From Octopus vulgaris (lineage: Eukaryota): 64,000 nucleotides of DNA. Each line of letters begins with the position of its first letter. Positions within the stretch are counted from its first letter, which is position 1. A program made the translations under genes and the position numbers. The notes under the pieces were generated by a model. It saw only the letters and a program-made list of their open reading frames with translations, had not been told where the DNA came from and ran no database searches. Below are positions 28,290 through 43,032 of this stretch, in pieces. The stretch covers positions 110,112,001 to 110,176,000 of the forward strand of contig OX597816.1 in assembly GCA_951406725.2 (NCBI GenBank). The letters run 5' to 3'.

Positions 28290-29535
28290 CTCCATCCCAG
28301 CTGAAATATTGCAAGCGATAGGAACCAGGCTTTACACAGAAGCTCATTAATCTCTTTCAGACTATATGCCAACAGGAAGTTGTTCCTCGGGAGCTAAAGT
28401 AAGCTTTTATTGCCTAACACTAGGAAAGATTGAGGGACAGGCACACCTGTGACAACTCCCGGGGAATTTCCTTCCATGTCATAGCTGGCAAGATATTTGC
28501 AACAGTCCTTAGCCGGATCGCTCTGCACATTGAAGACAGTCATCTGTCCGCGAGTCAGTGTTGCATTAGATAGGCCGGTGGGACAGTTGACATTATCTTT
28601 GCCGCATGCCAATTTCGTGAGAGGTACCAGAAACCGAAGAGCTGTCGACCTAACCAAAGATGTTAACGCCATCAGTCATGAAAGGATTTAGAATATCATG
28701 GGAAAGTTCGGCTGTCCCGACAAATTCACAAGCATAGTGTAACAGGTACATGATGACATGTTTCATAAAATGTTGAACGATGGAAATGTTTTTTATTTAT
28801 TCTTAGCCACTAACGAAGTCAAGCAGGACTGTGTACTCACACCTACACTTCAGCATGTCAAATGCTTTCTGCAACAACATCGAAACCAGCATCAAGTTCA
28901 CAGTCAGGACTGATGGCAGACTCTTCAAGTTGACATTCACTGCGCAATTTCCTATTCTCAGACAACTGCGTACTCAATCAAACCAGAGAGACCTGGCTGC
29001 CACAGAGTCTGAAATACTTTCTCACTACCTGCGAAGGTTATGGCCTCACAATCAGTACTCAGAAGACAGAGGTGATGCACCAAATTGCCCAACAGAAGGC
29101 ACTTGTGGAACAAACTATTACTGACGAAGGGGAAACCCTGGAGGTTGTTGATAAGTTCATATTCCTCGGCGTCACACTCTCCAGATCTGTGACAATTCAC
29201 GATGAATTCAACACACGCAACGCCATCGGGAGCCTAACATTCGGGCAGCTAAATGGGTGTAGAAAGGCATTGAGCAGCAAGCAGTTGCACTGCCTAGGCT
29301 CCTGTTGTAGAGACACTTGGAATGTTTGAAAAAACGCTAAAATTCCAGGCCATTTACACATGAGCTCCATGAGAAAGCTGTTGAAAATCACTTCCTAAGA
29401 AAAGATCTTAGACACGGAGGACTTCTCTTGAACTAATCTAGCATTCATTTAGACACTGGTGAGGAGGGCGCAAGTCAATTGTGCAGGCCACTTTGTTTGG
29501 GAGCATGACACACGACTCCGCAACAGACTGTTAGA
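28290..29535 (+). mobile_element. RTE-clade LINE reverse transcriptase remnant (stops and frameshifts)
   Basis: IPAEIL, VDLTK, KFGCPDKF, VKQDCVLTPTL, RTDGRLF, GLTISTQKTEVMHQ, LEVVDKFIFLGVTLSR, CAGH motifs. Confidence 0.85.
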
Positions 29536-29996
29536 CAAACACACACACACACACACACACATGTATATATATAATCAAATCTCTTGCGAGTGAACATCCC
29601 TTCATGACAATGTAAACTTCTTTTGTTTAAGGCGTTTTGCCCGATGTAGATTATCGTTTGTTTGGATAATTACTACGTCCGAGGTTCAACTCGCTATGAA
29701 ACGTATGAAGCCTAGATTTTATCTTCTCCATTCCCTAATGTTTGATTTCTATACGTACACAAAACGCCCCCTGCTGCTAACCGTAAGCTACAAAAACAAA
29801 AAAACAAAAAAAAATTCAGCTTATTGAACTTCAATATGGGAAAATTTTACAACCTTCTACAGCAATAAACCACTATTGTTTCTGTACATGTTTATTTATT
29901 CTTTCTACGGACTGTTCGAAGCTTACTATTTCCCTACACTTTGATCTTCGGATCTTACCTTTACATACACAGACACATACACACACATGCATATTA

Positions 29997-30029
<33 letters not shown>

Positions 30030-31649
30030 CATGTGTGTGTGTGTGAGTGTGAGTTTGTGTGTGTGTGCGTGTGTGTGTATTGTGTATATATACAGAGAAG
30101 CATATGCATATACATGCAAACATAGATATACACACACACATATAGAACATATTCATATAGCATATAAACTTACATTTATATCATTTAATGTTTAACACCG
30201 ACAGTAGGAATTGATGTCCTTGTTCTCAAATAGATTAATAAAAATAACGCAAGCATACATAGACACCATACAGAATCACACATATTGTGTATATGATTGT
30301 GATAAATGGAGTAAATGTTGGGGTTATTTATAGAAGTGTCTCTATTATATTCGTTTCTCCATTCTTTCGTAATAGTTAATTATATCAGTCTTTCAAGACG
30401 CCACACTGAACTAATATACACGTAATTGCTATAGTGCCCTCAATTCACACCAGTTTGATCTTCTATAAAGCTTGACCAAATTCAGTCTCATCACGAAGGG
30501 TTAATATATAGAACTGGAATTTTCTCAAATAATATTGACAAAGAGAGAGGTGATGGTGTATGGGAGAGAGATGTCAGAGCTCTTATTGAGAGTTTAAGAT
30601 TGTTGCATATTACGTTTCTATTCATTAGAAATAGATATTGTGTTCGACAGAGAAATAGGTAGGTAGATATATAAATTAAGATAGAGAGAAAGAGGGAGAG
30701 AGATAGAAAGAGGGAGAGAAAGTGAGAGAGAAAAAGAGAGAAAGAGAGAGGAGGAGAGAAAGGCAAAATGAAAGCCAAACAAATCGTAATATTATTATTC
30801 AAGAGAAAATTCTTTTATTAAGCGACAACATAATTATGCGCATCCTCCTGCAAATATCTTCTGTAATCAATTTCCTTTCACTGTTAATTATTCTCTCTAT
30901 AAGGCACTTGCTAACTGATTCATTTAGTCATCAAATTACATAAAATTGTCTTAAATTGATTAATTCTAGAGAATTTAAGTTATTATGTATAGTTCTATGG
31001 TTATTTTTGCTACTTAAGTGAAGCAGTGTTGAATGACAATGGAAGAGAATTAAGATATTGTAGAAGTGAATATGTATGCCAGATTTCATTTCCTGGCTTC
31101 GGGTATTGCTTAATTTGTGTTTTCTAAAAGGGACATTAACTCACGTCTATCTGAATATGCAGCATATAGAGGCATATCAACATATTTGCATGTATATTAA
31201 GCAAGAGAACAGGTTCAGCGATATTGTCATATACATAAAGACCTAAATTTGATTACACGCAAGCACACCCGGACACAAACCGAAAGCATACACACGCATA
31301 TACCCATAATGCTGAGCACTTATATTCCTATATTCACACATCTAACAAATTGATTTTATTTCATCAAATAACCAAGCATACGGCAATCTATTCTTGCAGT
31401 GTCATGTATTGATATGTACGCGTGGGTGTATGTGTACGCACACGCGGAACCTCAACACAAAAGAATGGTCGGTACCCGGAGCCATAGTAGAAAACAATTG
31501 AGCACGGTACCGATCGGTGTGACTGAACCTGAAACCAATTGGTTAAGAAAGTAAATTCTTAGACACACTCCTTAGACACAACCGGCACTTGTGCCTCCAA
31601 ACATATCCCCCTTTCTTTAACGAGGTATTTTAGCCAATCGGTGTGTTGT

Positions 31650-32430
31650 TTGTACGTCACGGTTCGGTCAGTATTTTATTCTGCAGTTCATATTTGCATT
31701 TGCAAATATTTAGGTTTTTATCGTCTTATTTTGACTGGTATGTATGAACTGACATGTACTACATCGGCGATCATTGCATTTAGATGCAATAAATGATTCA
31801 CCATTTTTGCTTAGGTCACACTTTGACTTCGTTAATAATTGTTTTAATCTTTTCGGCTGTCTTTTACTTAGAATCATAGCTCGATCCGTGATTATATCCT
31901 TTAATTCATTGATTTGATCAATGATCGGCAAGTTTGCTTTGGCAATGCTTAAGATATTTTGGTAACGTGGATTGTGTGTCACTATAAATGGTGTGACCTG
32001 TTCTTGTTTTCCTCTCTTTTGGGTTGCCCTAATTTGTTGTATGAGTATTTCTGTAGCAAGCTGGGTGCCATTTTCTATAAGTAGAGACGAGTATTTTTTA
32101 TTTGAGTAGAAATTCTTTGGGTTCTGTTAGGCATTTGTCTCTGGCATTCACATCTTCCACAATGGTACAGATTTGTCTAGCTAGGCAGCATGGGATATTG
32201 CGTTTTGTATGTGATAGAGGGCACGATTTGTATTTCGGGTATTGATGCGTGTTTGTGTTTATAGTATATTTGAGTGTAACTTTGAATTACCGTTATATCT
32301 ACAAATGGTAATTTGGTAGTACTCATCTCCTGTGTGAACTGGCGAGTTGGGGGAAGCTTGTTCAGGAAGATATTAAATTCTTGCAGAGTATCTAAAGGTT
32401 TTGTTCAGGTATCTCTTCCAAGCATGTTCA
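31650..32430 (-). mobile_element. Decayed Penelope-like fragment (RT thumb to Zn-finger linker)
   Basis: HTKRNIPCCLARQICTIV (~32155-32215); ORF 31710-31982 THNP...KRQPKRLKQLLTKS...KCNDRRCSTC, homologous to 57969-58958. Confidence 0.85.
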
Positions 32431-32459
32431 ATATACCTTTATAAAATTGTGTTTATATA

Positions 32460-32514
<55 letters not shown>

Positions 32515-32517
<3 letters not shown>

Positions 32518-33037
32518 AACCAAATTTTCTCAAAACAACTTTTCCGACCGTCCCATAGTCCTCCATTTTGAGAAACACTGATTTAACCTAAATTTGAGAC
32601 ACCAGCAAAAGAAAAAATAAAGATAGACTTTTTCTTCTATTCCAAACAAAAACGATTTTATTCAAACAAATACGCAACCGAAGAGTTAAAGTACCAGTAA
32701 TGATAAGGCTGTTGACTAAAGTACCAGTAATGATAAGGCTGTTGACTGGGAGAACACAAACATGGTTTCAACAGTAAGCTTGGCAGGAAAGAAACGTACG
32801 TTTAAGCAGTACAAAAACAACAAGAAATGGAAGGTGCAGTTATGTACAGGTTGACGGAAGAAAAGCAAAACAAAAACGGCTTTATCGATCGCATTCTCAC
32901 CTGGAATCGATTTTTGTAATGTTTTCAAGACTTATACACGCCCTGATATCGTCGTATCTACATATCAAATTTGAGCGCAATCGGATGGAGGATGCCCGAG
33001 ATCCGAGAAGACACACACACACAACGGATTTTATATA

Positions 33038-33040
<3 letters not shown>
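32515..33040 (-). mobile_element. Non-autonomous Helitron-like element, 3' end missing; internal 30 bp tandem duplication
   Basis: Minus strand begins A|TCTTATATAAAATCCG then (TG)n; TAAAGTACCAGTAATGATAAGGCTGTTGAC twice at 32687-32746. Confidence 0.5.
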
Positions 33041-33080
<40 letters not shown>

Positions 33081-34499
33081 GCTAGTTGCTAGCGGGTACA
33101 TACTACAGTTTTCTTGCAAATTAGATATGCATTAGATTTTCAATATTAGGCATGAATAATAAAACAGGGAGGTAAAGTCTGTATTAATTTATTTGCAATA
33201 ACATATTTTTGGCACAGTTTCATAACAAGGTGTTAGCTGTTTGCATATTTCATCTGCGATATCATATTTCTTGTATTATTATTCAAATACTCTGATACCT
33301 TCGAAAAAGAGGTATGTTGATATAATAACATGCATCGTTCGTGATTTGCCTGTACTGTTTTTTGTTTTTGCAGGTGAGATACTGTCATGCTTATTGCAAA
33401 TTACGTAACCGTTCTTAAACATTTTCGTACATTGTTCTTATATTACATTGTTGTGTGTATATTACATTGTTGTGTTGATTTATCACTGCAGATATTCAAT
33501 AGGGAATCATTTTCTTCGCTTTTGCTTTAGAGTTGCAAGTTCACTTTGCCATTTTCTTATCGATTTCATATATATATATTTTTTAGTTTAAGTGAATATG
33601 TTTCATCGTTAACAACTTTTTAGGATCTAAAACGCTACTAATGGAAGGGAATTAGAAATTCGGAATGAGGGGTTGCTGACTAAGAAAGCTCATAAAACTA
33701 TACTTATGTCACAGACATTACATGCAGGCAACTCCTTGTCTTTTTAAAAGACACGTAAATCAGCAAATTAGTTCAGATATTCAAAAAGGGGCAGGGACTA
33801 TATATGGGTCGGCATTCAGTACTATTTCTCTTTATGGCGTTTTCCCAGAAATGCTTCCCCAAAGAGACCTACAAAAATACAAGTTGCCGAAGGTACCCCG
33901 CAATAGAATCGATCCTGAAATTACGCGATTATAATACATAATTTTCAGTTGCACATCTCTACTTCTCTTATTATTTTTCAGAAAATAGTTTTGAATCTCT
34001 TGTTGATTTAGAAATGTTTCACATGACCATTTATATTGTAATTATAGAAGTTATCTTCCCAATCAAAGCAGAAACACCCACGACGTACATTAATTTTTAA
34101 ATTAAGTACACATTAAACAGATAAGAACCTAATTAAACAAAATCCTTATAAAACAACTTTATATCATAAATCAGGCAATTTTTAGAATATTTGTTTATGA
34201 GTAATCTCAAATTTGACAAAGTTTTCATCTCTTCTAAAACAAAAAGTAAAATTTTATATGCATCTACATTGAAACGTTTATTCGGTCATACTATTCTTCT
34301 GTCTAAAACATGTTAATTGTTGTAAATATATTCGACTATGTAGATAGGTATGTCACAAGATAAAGTGTTCACTTTATGGCCATGTTTGGACTTCCATCAC
34401 ATCCAAATACATTGTAGTTGAATGACGTTCCTCTATCATAGTTTGTAGTTCAACCATATTTTCAACGTGGTCAGATGAATATAAAATCTTTATGCTACA

Positions 34500-34892
34500 C
34501 TAGCAGTATCGCCCGGGGTTGCTCGGGTTTGTAAGGGAAATAACTATATAAGCATTTTTAGAGATGTAAAGTATAATAGCCATCTCAATATGGCTAACCA
34601 CAAAGGGGGGTGTTACTGTAGCTTTTTACGTTCTGAGATTTAATAATAAATTTTTAGAGAGTTACTTCCCTTATATATGCCGAAAATGCATTAAGAATGG
34701 GAAAAATTGATGGTAAATTATTTTTAAAATCGTAGATTCATCGTAGACGCGCGCTAATATCCAGAAGGGCTCGATATAAATCACGACTATAAGATACCCG
34801 GTTTTGGTTAAACTGCACCGCAAAATGTGGGAGTAGTTAGGAATCTAAATCGTAGGAGACAGACAGTACACAACCTTACTTTAATATATAAA
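34500..34892 (-). mobile_element. Non-autonomous Helitron
   Basis: Minus-strand 3' end CCCGAGCAACCCCGGG hairpin, short spacer, CTAG|T; 5' end A|TTTATATATT (TC variant). Confidence 0.75.
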
Positions 34893-35335
34893 TATTTGTG
34901 TTCAAACCGTCATATGATGCGTTCCAAATTTACCGGTAACTATAATATTCTACTGAGCACACAGGAGATGTATTAATGAACGATGAGTATATGTGCGCCC
35001 TAGTGATTTTTTGTGAAACTAGCTGAATATTCTTGCTGCACGTTATGAAAAGCAACTGATGTTTTAAATTTATGTTGATATAAAACATTTTATACAATAT
35101 TAATAGAAATGGCAGAGTCATGTAAGTCATTCTAAAATCTATGGAAAAAGATTAAATAAGAATATCTCTATAAAGATATATCTGCTCTAAATGGCTGAAT
35201 TGTGACAAGTAGTTGCTTACTTAGTTGTTTGTATTTGCTGCTTACCTGCAATCAAGCTGATACTGTAATTAAACCAGTCAGCCATTTCCAGCTTCAGAAT
35301 TAAGTATCTAAGATTACATTATAACATGAACACGC

Positions 35336-35379
<44 letters not shown>

Positions 35380-36469
35380 ACCCACAAACACTCATACAGA
35401 CACACAAACACACACACACACACACTCGCATACACACAAACAAACATATAGTCATGTACACGCTAACACATATGTATAATGTTTAAGTTGGTAGCGGGGT
35501 AATTTGAAGGGAATTTCAGGTCTATGTATTGCAGAATCTCCAATCACATACAGTTCCCCAGATAAAGATCAGTCATTAACAGATATAGCTGATATTTATC
35601 ATTGGATATGGAATGAAACATCGGTTATGATATAGTTTGTTTGTGTTTGTAAGTAGTAAATTTGGCAGACATAGACTATTTTCTTTAATATATACTGTAT
35701 AGAGATCAAACAGATAAACATAATCTGTATATATTGGTTTAAGCAGGAAATAAATGGTTTGTAATGATAAATGTTGTGCGAAATATATTTCGCTAGGGTA
35801 TTTTATTGAATTTCTATGGATTAATTATACTTAGTAATGTTCAAAGCTACAAATATACATTGCCACAACATGAAAAATTGCCAATTTACTACCAAAAAGT
35901 TCTGTGGAGAATATACGGGGAATTTAGACATCCTATAAATTGTTGTTTGATCTTGAATTCATCACAACCAAACATATTTGAAAAAAGGTAAACCTTTGGT
36001 TGTATTGGTCTTATGAACATTGACAAATGTGGAATATATGGGAGTATAGGTATTTTGTTTGGGGCTAAAATGGGCTCAAACAAAAAAAAAACAAGTTGCT
36101 CATATATTAAGTATGATATGAGAAATATTATAAGTCATAATACATAGTATTTTAATGTTGGTATCACGTTACTTGATAATATGAGTTCCTGTCCTGTGCA
36201 GAATACATATAATACAATCAACATATTATGCACTTAGCAAATATATAATCGTTCATCCCAAATCAAAGACCCCTATACTACTACGCCTTTTATGATAATT
36301 ATTATCAATATGTCTTCATTGAAAGTGGATTGAAAGAAGTTAGTGTTGCAAAGAAAATTTCCTGATGTATGTACCTAATGATCTGAGTTTGCATTTCGTC
36401 GATGGTGGGGAATTGTTAACTAAATACTAAACTTGTCTCCTGAAAGTCGTTTACAATAGTATTTGCGAC

Positions 36470-36524
<55 letters not shown>

Positions 36525-38082
36525 TGGAAGAGAATTCATTTGTATGTAAGCTGCGTGAACGCCAAATGTTGAAGCATAGATACTAAATGACGGACCTTAA
36601 GCAAGATTTTCCCGGCTAATAATCAACAGAGAATCACAGCTGTCACAAATAACCAACTTAAATCAGTTGCATAACATTATCATCGATGACGGTCACAAAA
36701 ATGCCTCTTCACTACCACCAATACCAATTTAATTTTCTTCTCTCTTTTACTTTCCAAATTAGATTCACTAGCCGTAATGTGTTCTACATTAGAGGCATCA
36801 CCTTCTTTTTTCTTGAAATTATCATATCAAATTCTGGCTCTTTTTTGATTTACCGTTGTTTTTATTGGCTCATTATGCCAATTCTGATCTTCGATTTATT
36901 CACACATGTGTTTTTCCATTTTAAGCATTTACTTGAAAAAATAAGGTCCGGATACTTTACCGAGCAGTTTATTGATCACTTGACATAATTTTTTCCCTGT
37001 TGTCACGAATTTTTCCCACTGTAGATGTTGTAGGATTTAATGTTTTAGCAACATGCCTTAGTTTTACTTCCGCGGCGATGACTTATCCACAACAAGCATA
37101 TAGCTGGAAAATATTGGCCCAGGATAGATCTGTTTTGTGATCGCGGGAATTTATCTTATTGATTACAATTAGCTAAAGGGTCATCAGATTTTACACACTT
37201 AAGACATATACACACAGACATACTGTCATATATTTTTCGTTGGTTTACTCATTTTGCGTTTTCTCTTTTTTTTTTCAATGTTAGCTTGGACAGGACAAAT
37301 GATATGTACCCTCCACCAGTTTGGCAAGTAAAGACAGAAGAAAAAGACTTGGACAAGTCGAGAACTTTATGTGTTCGAAAGTACACTTTGTACAGATGGA
37401 ACCCTTGATGTCTAAATAATTCACAAGATTTTGAAAATTAGTGTTACTTTTGAGAAACCCTAGAATCGTGTCTGGTCGCATTGTGGTATCATAGGAAACA
37501 CAAATCTCTGAATAACAGGCGTATATTCTTACAGCCCTGCTAAATGGGTGCAACAAGTGCAGAGCCTACAGGCATAGTATCATGCACGTGGGAAGGTGTC
37601 ATCAGTAGTGTTTCCGGGGAGTAATGATATCATTGTAGTTGACCCAGTCATAAAAGACTTAAGTGCAGTACCTCCCTAACTTTAGCTTGCATTGAAATAC
37701 TACATGTGTGGACGATTTCTTCTCTCAGGAGATGGATTAATCAACACCGCAATCCATGTTAAACAAAGAAAAATAGAGCAGTTTACGAAGTGTTTCTAAC
37801 ATCACTTACTATGCGACGCATTTGTAATGAATATAGCTTGTTTCGCAAATCAGCTGGCGGTCTGGCCAAAGGCAATCTAAAATACATGAGATTACAGGTC
37901 AACTGACAATGGCACGAGACAGATATTTCAAGTGATATATTTGTGGGCGTGGTGGCAATAAAGGAAGTTAGGTTGAATATACAGGTACACAAACACAAGT
38001 AAACACACAGAGACACATACACGTCACACATACTGTGTATATATAAATGTGTGTGTGTCTTTGTGTATATATATATATATAC

Positions 38083-38159
<77 letters not shown>

Positions 38160-38164
<5 letters not shown>

Positions 38165-38735
38165 AATAGTAGATGCACACTGCATCGACAACAGATTGCA
38201 TTCCCAGAATACAGAATGATACCTTTTAGTGAGCACATTGAGAAATGCGCAAAGCAACTACTACCACAATTTTTAATCTTTCCATTTTACCAATGTGCTA
38301 TCGGATCATCAACACAAATTAGACTAAACAAGGAAACATTCTTCATTGAAAAGTACAAGCCCAGACTTAACCATTCCAAGATACTGATACAGAGAAATTC
38401 ACACCAAGGAAAAGGAAAACATTTTTAAGCGATTATCTCCCTTACACCGGAAGAAATCACTCATTACCTCCCCTTATTTAGAACTCTTTTGAACATAAAC
38501 ATAACGATAACTCTATTCAACATAAACATAACGTCGTAAGAAATTTGAAAAGCTAAATGCGAAACCGGTCTTTCTTCAAAACTATGTCATTATAAGAGAA
38601 AACATTTTTTTAATATTCTTCAGACATATTGACGCAAATATATATTTTTTAACATTTAAGCCTTCTGTAGTTTTTTCACTTTTTACTATTTTCTATATAT
38701 TCAACCACGTGCTTTCACAAACCAACTTTCTTATC
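38160..38735 (+). mobile_element. 5'-truncated Penelope-like element: GIY-YIG C-terminus, 3' UTR with HHR; flanked by (TA)n
   Basis: [23 protein letters not shown]...IFPFYQC...RLNKETFFIEKYKPRLN aligns with ORF 60288-60782; 38538-38576 aagaaa-u-UUGAAAA-gc-uaaau-gc-GAAAC-CG-GUC-uuucuu. Confidence 0.88.
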
Positions 38736-38740
38736 TATCT

Positions 38741-38788
<48 letters not shown>

Positions 38789-38921
38789 TAAATACGTATA
38801 CATATATGTGTGTATATCTGCGTCTGTATATATTTATGCGTGAGTGCTTGTGTTTGTGCGTTGTATATATATATATATATATAAATATACACAACATATA
38901 AACAAGCAGACACGCATATAC

Positions 38922-38972
<51 letters not shown>

Positions 38973-39579
38973 TATACACACCCATATATATATATTTGAA
39001 AAAAGAAAAGAATGACTCCACTGGTTGTTCTAATCGATTTGACTTTTTAAGAATATAATTTTGCAATGTGGTTTGTTGACTTCGGCGGGGAGATTTCCTA
39101 AAGATTCTTTGATAAATTATCTGGAAAACATCTTCGCGTTCTTTGGTGGCGATTGTTGTGATGTGTGAGTCTACATATTACAGATTTGTGTGTGTCTGTG
39201 GGGTTGGAAGTTGTTAATATATATGGGAGTGAAGGTGTGTTGATGAACAAGCGCTGAATGAAGATGGTGAATGGTAAAAAGAAGATATTTGATTGAGAGT
39301 GGAGTCGGGAAATGGTGGGGTTTTTCAGGAGTGTTTTATGAAGGGCTTGTGAAAGAGCTCTCCTGTTGGTTCCGTTTGAATAGCTGACCTTTGGTGAAAA
39401 TATAATGATCAGATATTTTTCAAATTCAGTTCTTATTGCTGAATCAACGCTCTTAATTTCATAAACATAAACTTCTATAATTTTCCACGTTAAAGATGAG
39501 TTTGAGTGTGTGTCTTGTTAATGAGGATAAAAAGCGGATGATAGCAGAGATAAAAGGAATAAGGTTAGTTTTGAAAGTA

Positions 39580-42207
39580 TATATATACATACTCACATGC
39601 ATATATACACGCATATACATATGCTTCTACATATGTACATATATACATACAATCATATATATGGATACACATATACATACATACACACATACATATAGTT
39701 TCTAGTTCATAAGTACCCATATATTTGCACATGCATTCACACCGGTATATGTATATGTACCTACATACACATGCATATGTACACACACATTAGTATACGT
39801 ATCTATACTACTCAAGTATTTAAACTCACATATACATTGGGTGAGGGGGGTTTAGTGAAATGGTAGTGTACCTCCTAGTACACTGTCATCCACTTCTATT
39901 TGGATATATGCATATTTTTTGTCGAAAATTACGCCTAGGAGTATTCTTCCAGGGTGGAGTATACGATGAGGATCACTACTGAAAAACGAAAAGAATTTTA
40001 ATCCCTTGCTAAATAGCGACAGGCACCTGGAAGAATATATAACCTGCCTACAACGATCACCACAGTCAAATGTCGCAGAGTCGAAACACAAACCCAACAT
40101 CCCTAGAGAGCAATTGATATATGTTTACAAACTACAAAAATCTCCCCAATAATCATAAAAGATGCTGGCAAAGGAGGAGCAATCACCATCATGGACAAAA
40201 ATCACTATAAAGATAAAAGTCTAGAACAGTTGAATAACAAGGGTTTCTAAAGGTAAAACGACAAATACGGAGAAAGAAGTTCGATGATTCGAATAGGTAA
40301 CCTGACGACAAAGTACCAAAATTACCTCACTCTTAAGGAAATCAATTATTTAACCAACTTCGAAATGAAAACCAGCAATTTTCATGGAGTAGCGAAAGTT
40401 GACAAATTCAAAGAAATGCAGAAACAACATAAAAGGCAAAAATACATCATATGTTGAAATACTGAAACAGACGGATTTAAAATTACGCCCAATTGTTGCT
40501 GGTCGAGCCTCAAACACACAACGTCTAAGCAACTTAAGCTGAAGCGATGGACATTCCAGTGACTACATTGAGAAAACAAATCAAAAAGGAAAAACTGTTA
40601 TCCATTTTGTCATCACTCACAACCCTATCATTCTGAAACCCATATGTAAAAAAGTGCTAAGTTATATCAAAGATGATATGGAATTCCTGAACTATATCCC
40701 AAGACAAACCTTGGTCAGCTTTGACATATACCAAGACAAACTTTAGTCAGCTTTGATGGAAAAGCTAATATACTAACATTCCCCAAGACTTAGGAGTTGA
40801 AGTTGTTGACGTCTGGATTACAAAACACCTAGATTAAATTTCAGAGTGTTTCCTGAAAGAGTTTATTTTAGAAGGGTTTTGATAACGAACTGCATTTACA
40901 AGAAACGGCCCTGGGTACCAAAGTAGCCCCACCAGATGCAGGACTCATTATGGGTTACCTAGAGGTAAAAGTATATTCCCAGCAGCAGGAAACGTTCAGT
41001 AACAACTTCGTCACCTACATTAATAACGACTGGAAACGTTACCAAGGCGATTACTTCATCGTCTGGGATAGAAGCCAAGACGACCTGCAAATGTTCAATT
41101 CCATCATGAAGAGGCTTCACGACGTAGTACACACTCCTCACATACCAACAGGAACATTACCGTTAACATAGCAAGACGCCTTTACACCATAGTAACACAC
41201 TCCACACTTCAGGAAAAGATTATATGAACAAAAATGGATCTTTAAAAGGTAAGAATATTCGGCGAATCTTATCAATACAAGCATCGCCAAGGTCCTGAAC
41301 ATTATAGTGACCACATTGAGAAAAACAAACCAACAGCATAAAAAGGAAAAAAAAAACAGTTATCCCTTTTGTCGTCACTCACTACCCAAGGAACTTCAAC
41401 TTTATGAAGGCCGCCAAAAAAATCTCTCAATTCTCTAGCAATCCTCCAAAATGAAGGCATTCATAAGACACTCACAAATAGTATTTGGGAGATGTCAAAC
41501 ACCCCACCTAAAAGTCAATGCAAACATGAATTGCATAACGAAAAACTTGATTTATTGTACAGCTTGCCCACGATGTAAAGAGTACAATCTGGTGGAACAC
41601 GGAACGGTACTACATGACAAGGTTCGTGTACATAAACATCAAATTAGACACCCCTCGATCAGAAACACCACTTGAACAACACTTAACATTATGCAGAAAA
41701 GTAAAACTCACAATCTTTCCCTTCTTTAAGTTATGGTCGGAGAACGAACATTTCCCGAAATATTAAGTAGAATTATTCATTAGAAAGTACAAACGACTAC
41801 TAAACACAAAAATGATTTTCCACTCCCCTTAATGGGTTTCTCTCTTTGTTTGAAAAAAGACATGCGTATATCCAAATAGAAGTGGAATACACACACACTT
41901 TCACTCATTCGATCGTACCTCGGGAGCACACAACCATTTCACTAATCCCCTCCCCCTTAACTATATGGCAACTTAAATACTTGAGCAGTGTAGATACGTA
42001 TATATGTCTGTGTGGGTGTACGTGTCCATGTCTATGTAGGGATATAGAAATATACAGGTGTGACTGCATGTGCAAATATATGGGTACGCATGAATAAGAA
42101 AATATATACGTGTGTGTATACATGGGTATATATATATATATATATATACGTATGTGTATGTATATATGTATATATATGCGTGTATACATATATATGTATG
42201 TATATAT

Positions 42208-42245
<38 letters not shown>

Positions 42246-42330
42246 GTATACGTATATATGCATGTACGTATATATATATATGCATGTATGCAAATATGTA
42301 TACGTATATGTATGTATACATGTATGTATA
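39580..42330 (+). mobile_element. Old Penelope-like element (pseudogenised RT and GIY-YIG, ~39940-41810) with inverted terminal arms
   Basis: IIIKDAGKGGAITIMD, LRPIVAG, YIKDD, LVSFD, YTNIP, GTKVAP, MGYLE, WKRYQGDYFIVW, NCITKNLIYCTACPRC; ~39690-39925 is the diverged reverse complement of ~41846-42105. Confidence 0.88.
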
Positions 42331-42339
42331 TATATAGAT

Positions 42340-42988
42340 ACTACAAAATTAGAGAATGGAGAAACATACTTAAATCAGTAAAACATCAACTATCCGATGA
42401 TACTCAATCCATACTTTAATACACCATTACATATGAGTAAAGGCAATATATAAAATGAAATGAGATATACAGTAATAGTAAAAGTAAAAGGATAAAGAGA
42501 TATAAGTAAAAAATTTCAAATATAATATGCAAATAAATCAAAACTGACAGCTGTTTCGGCAGTGAGGACAGTCATACCTCATTTAACCTATAAGCCATAA
42601 AGGCAGGTATAAATGAGGCATTAACAAGGATGCCCCACGGCCTCTTCAGAGAATTAAATTAAATTTGTTATAATAGTGAAAAATATTATATAATCATATA
42701 CATATAAATATAAAAATATAAAAATGTAAAATATAAAAACTTATACATCATAATGCTACACTTATATAATATAATACACATTTGTACAAAAAGGAAGGTA
42801 AACAGAACAATATAAAACAAAATATATAACAGTGTATATATTAATATTAATAAGTACCGATATTATACATATTTGGCTAATAGTTTTTTATAAAAAAAGG
42901 GCTAACACATATGGAGATGAAAAATAATAATTAAATCCGTGGTACAGTTCATAAAATTCTAAAGCTATAAAAGTTAATAAAAATTACT

Positions 42989-43032
<44 letters not shown>

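Noticed and set aside
37255-37420. Polypyrimidine tract plus AG followed by a short open frame (possible host exon)
   Set aside because: No recognisable protein motif or clear donor; needs RNA-seq.
39000-39560. Possible PLE N-terminal fragment on the minus strand
   Set aside because: Only compositional similarity and a weak NLS-like tripeptide; insufficient to annotate.
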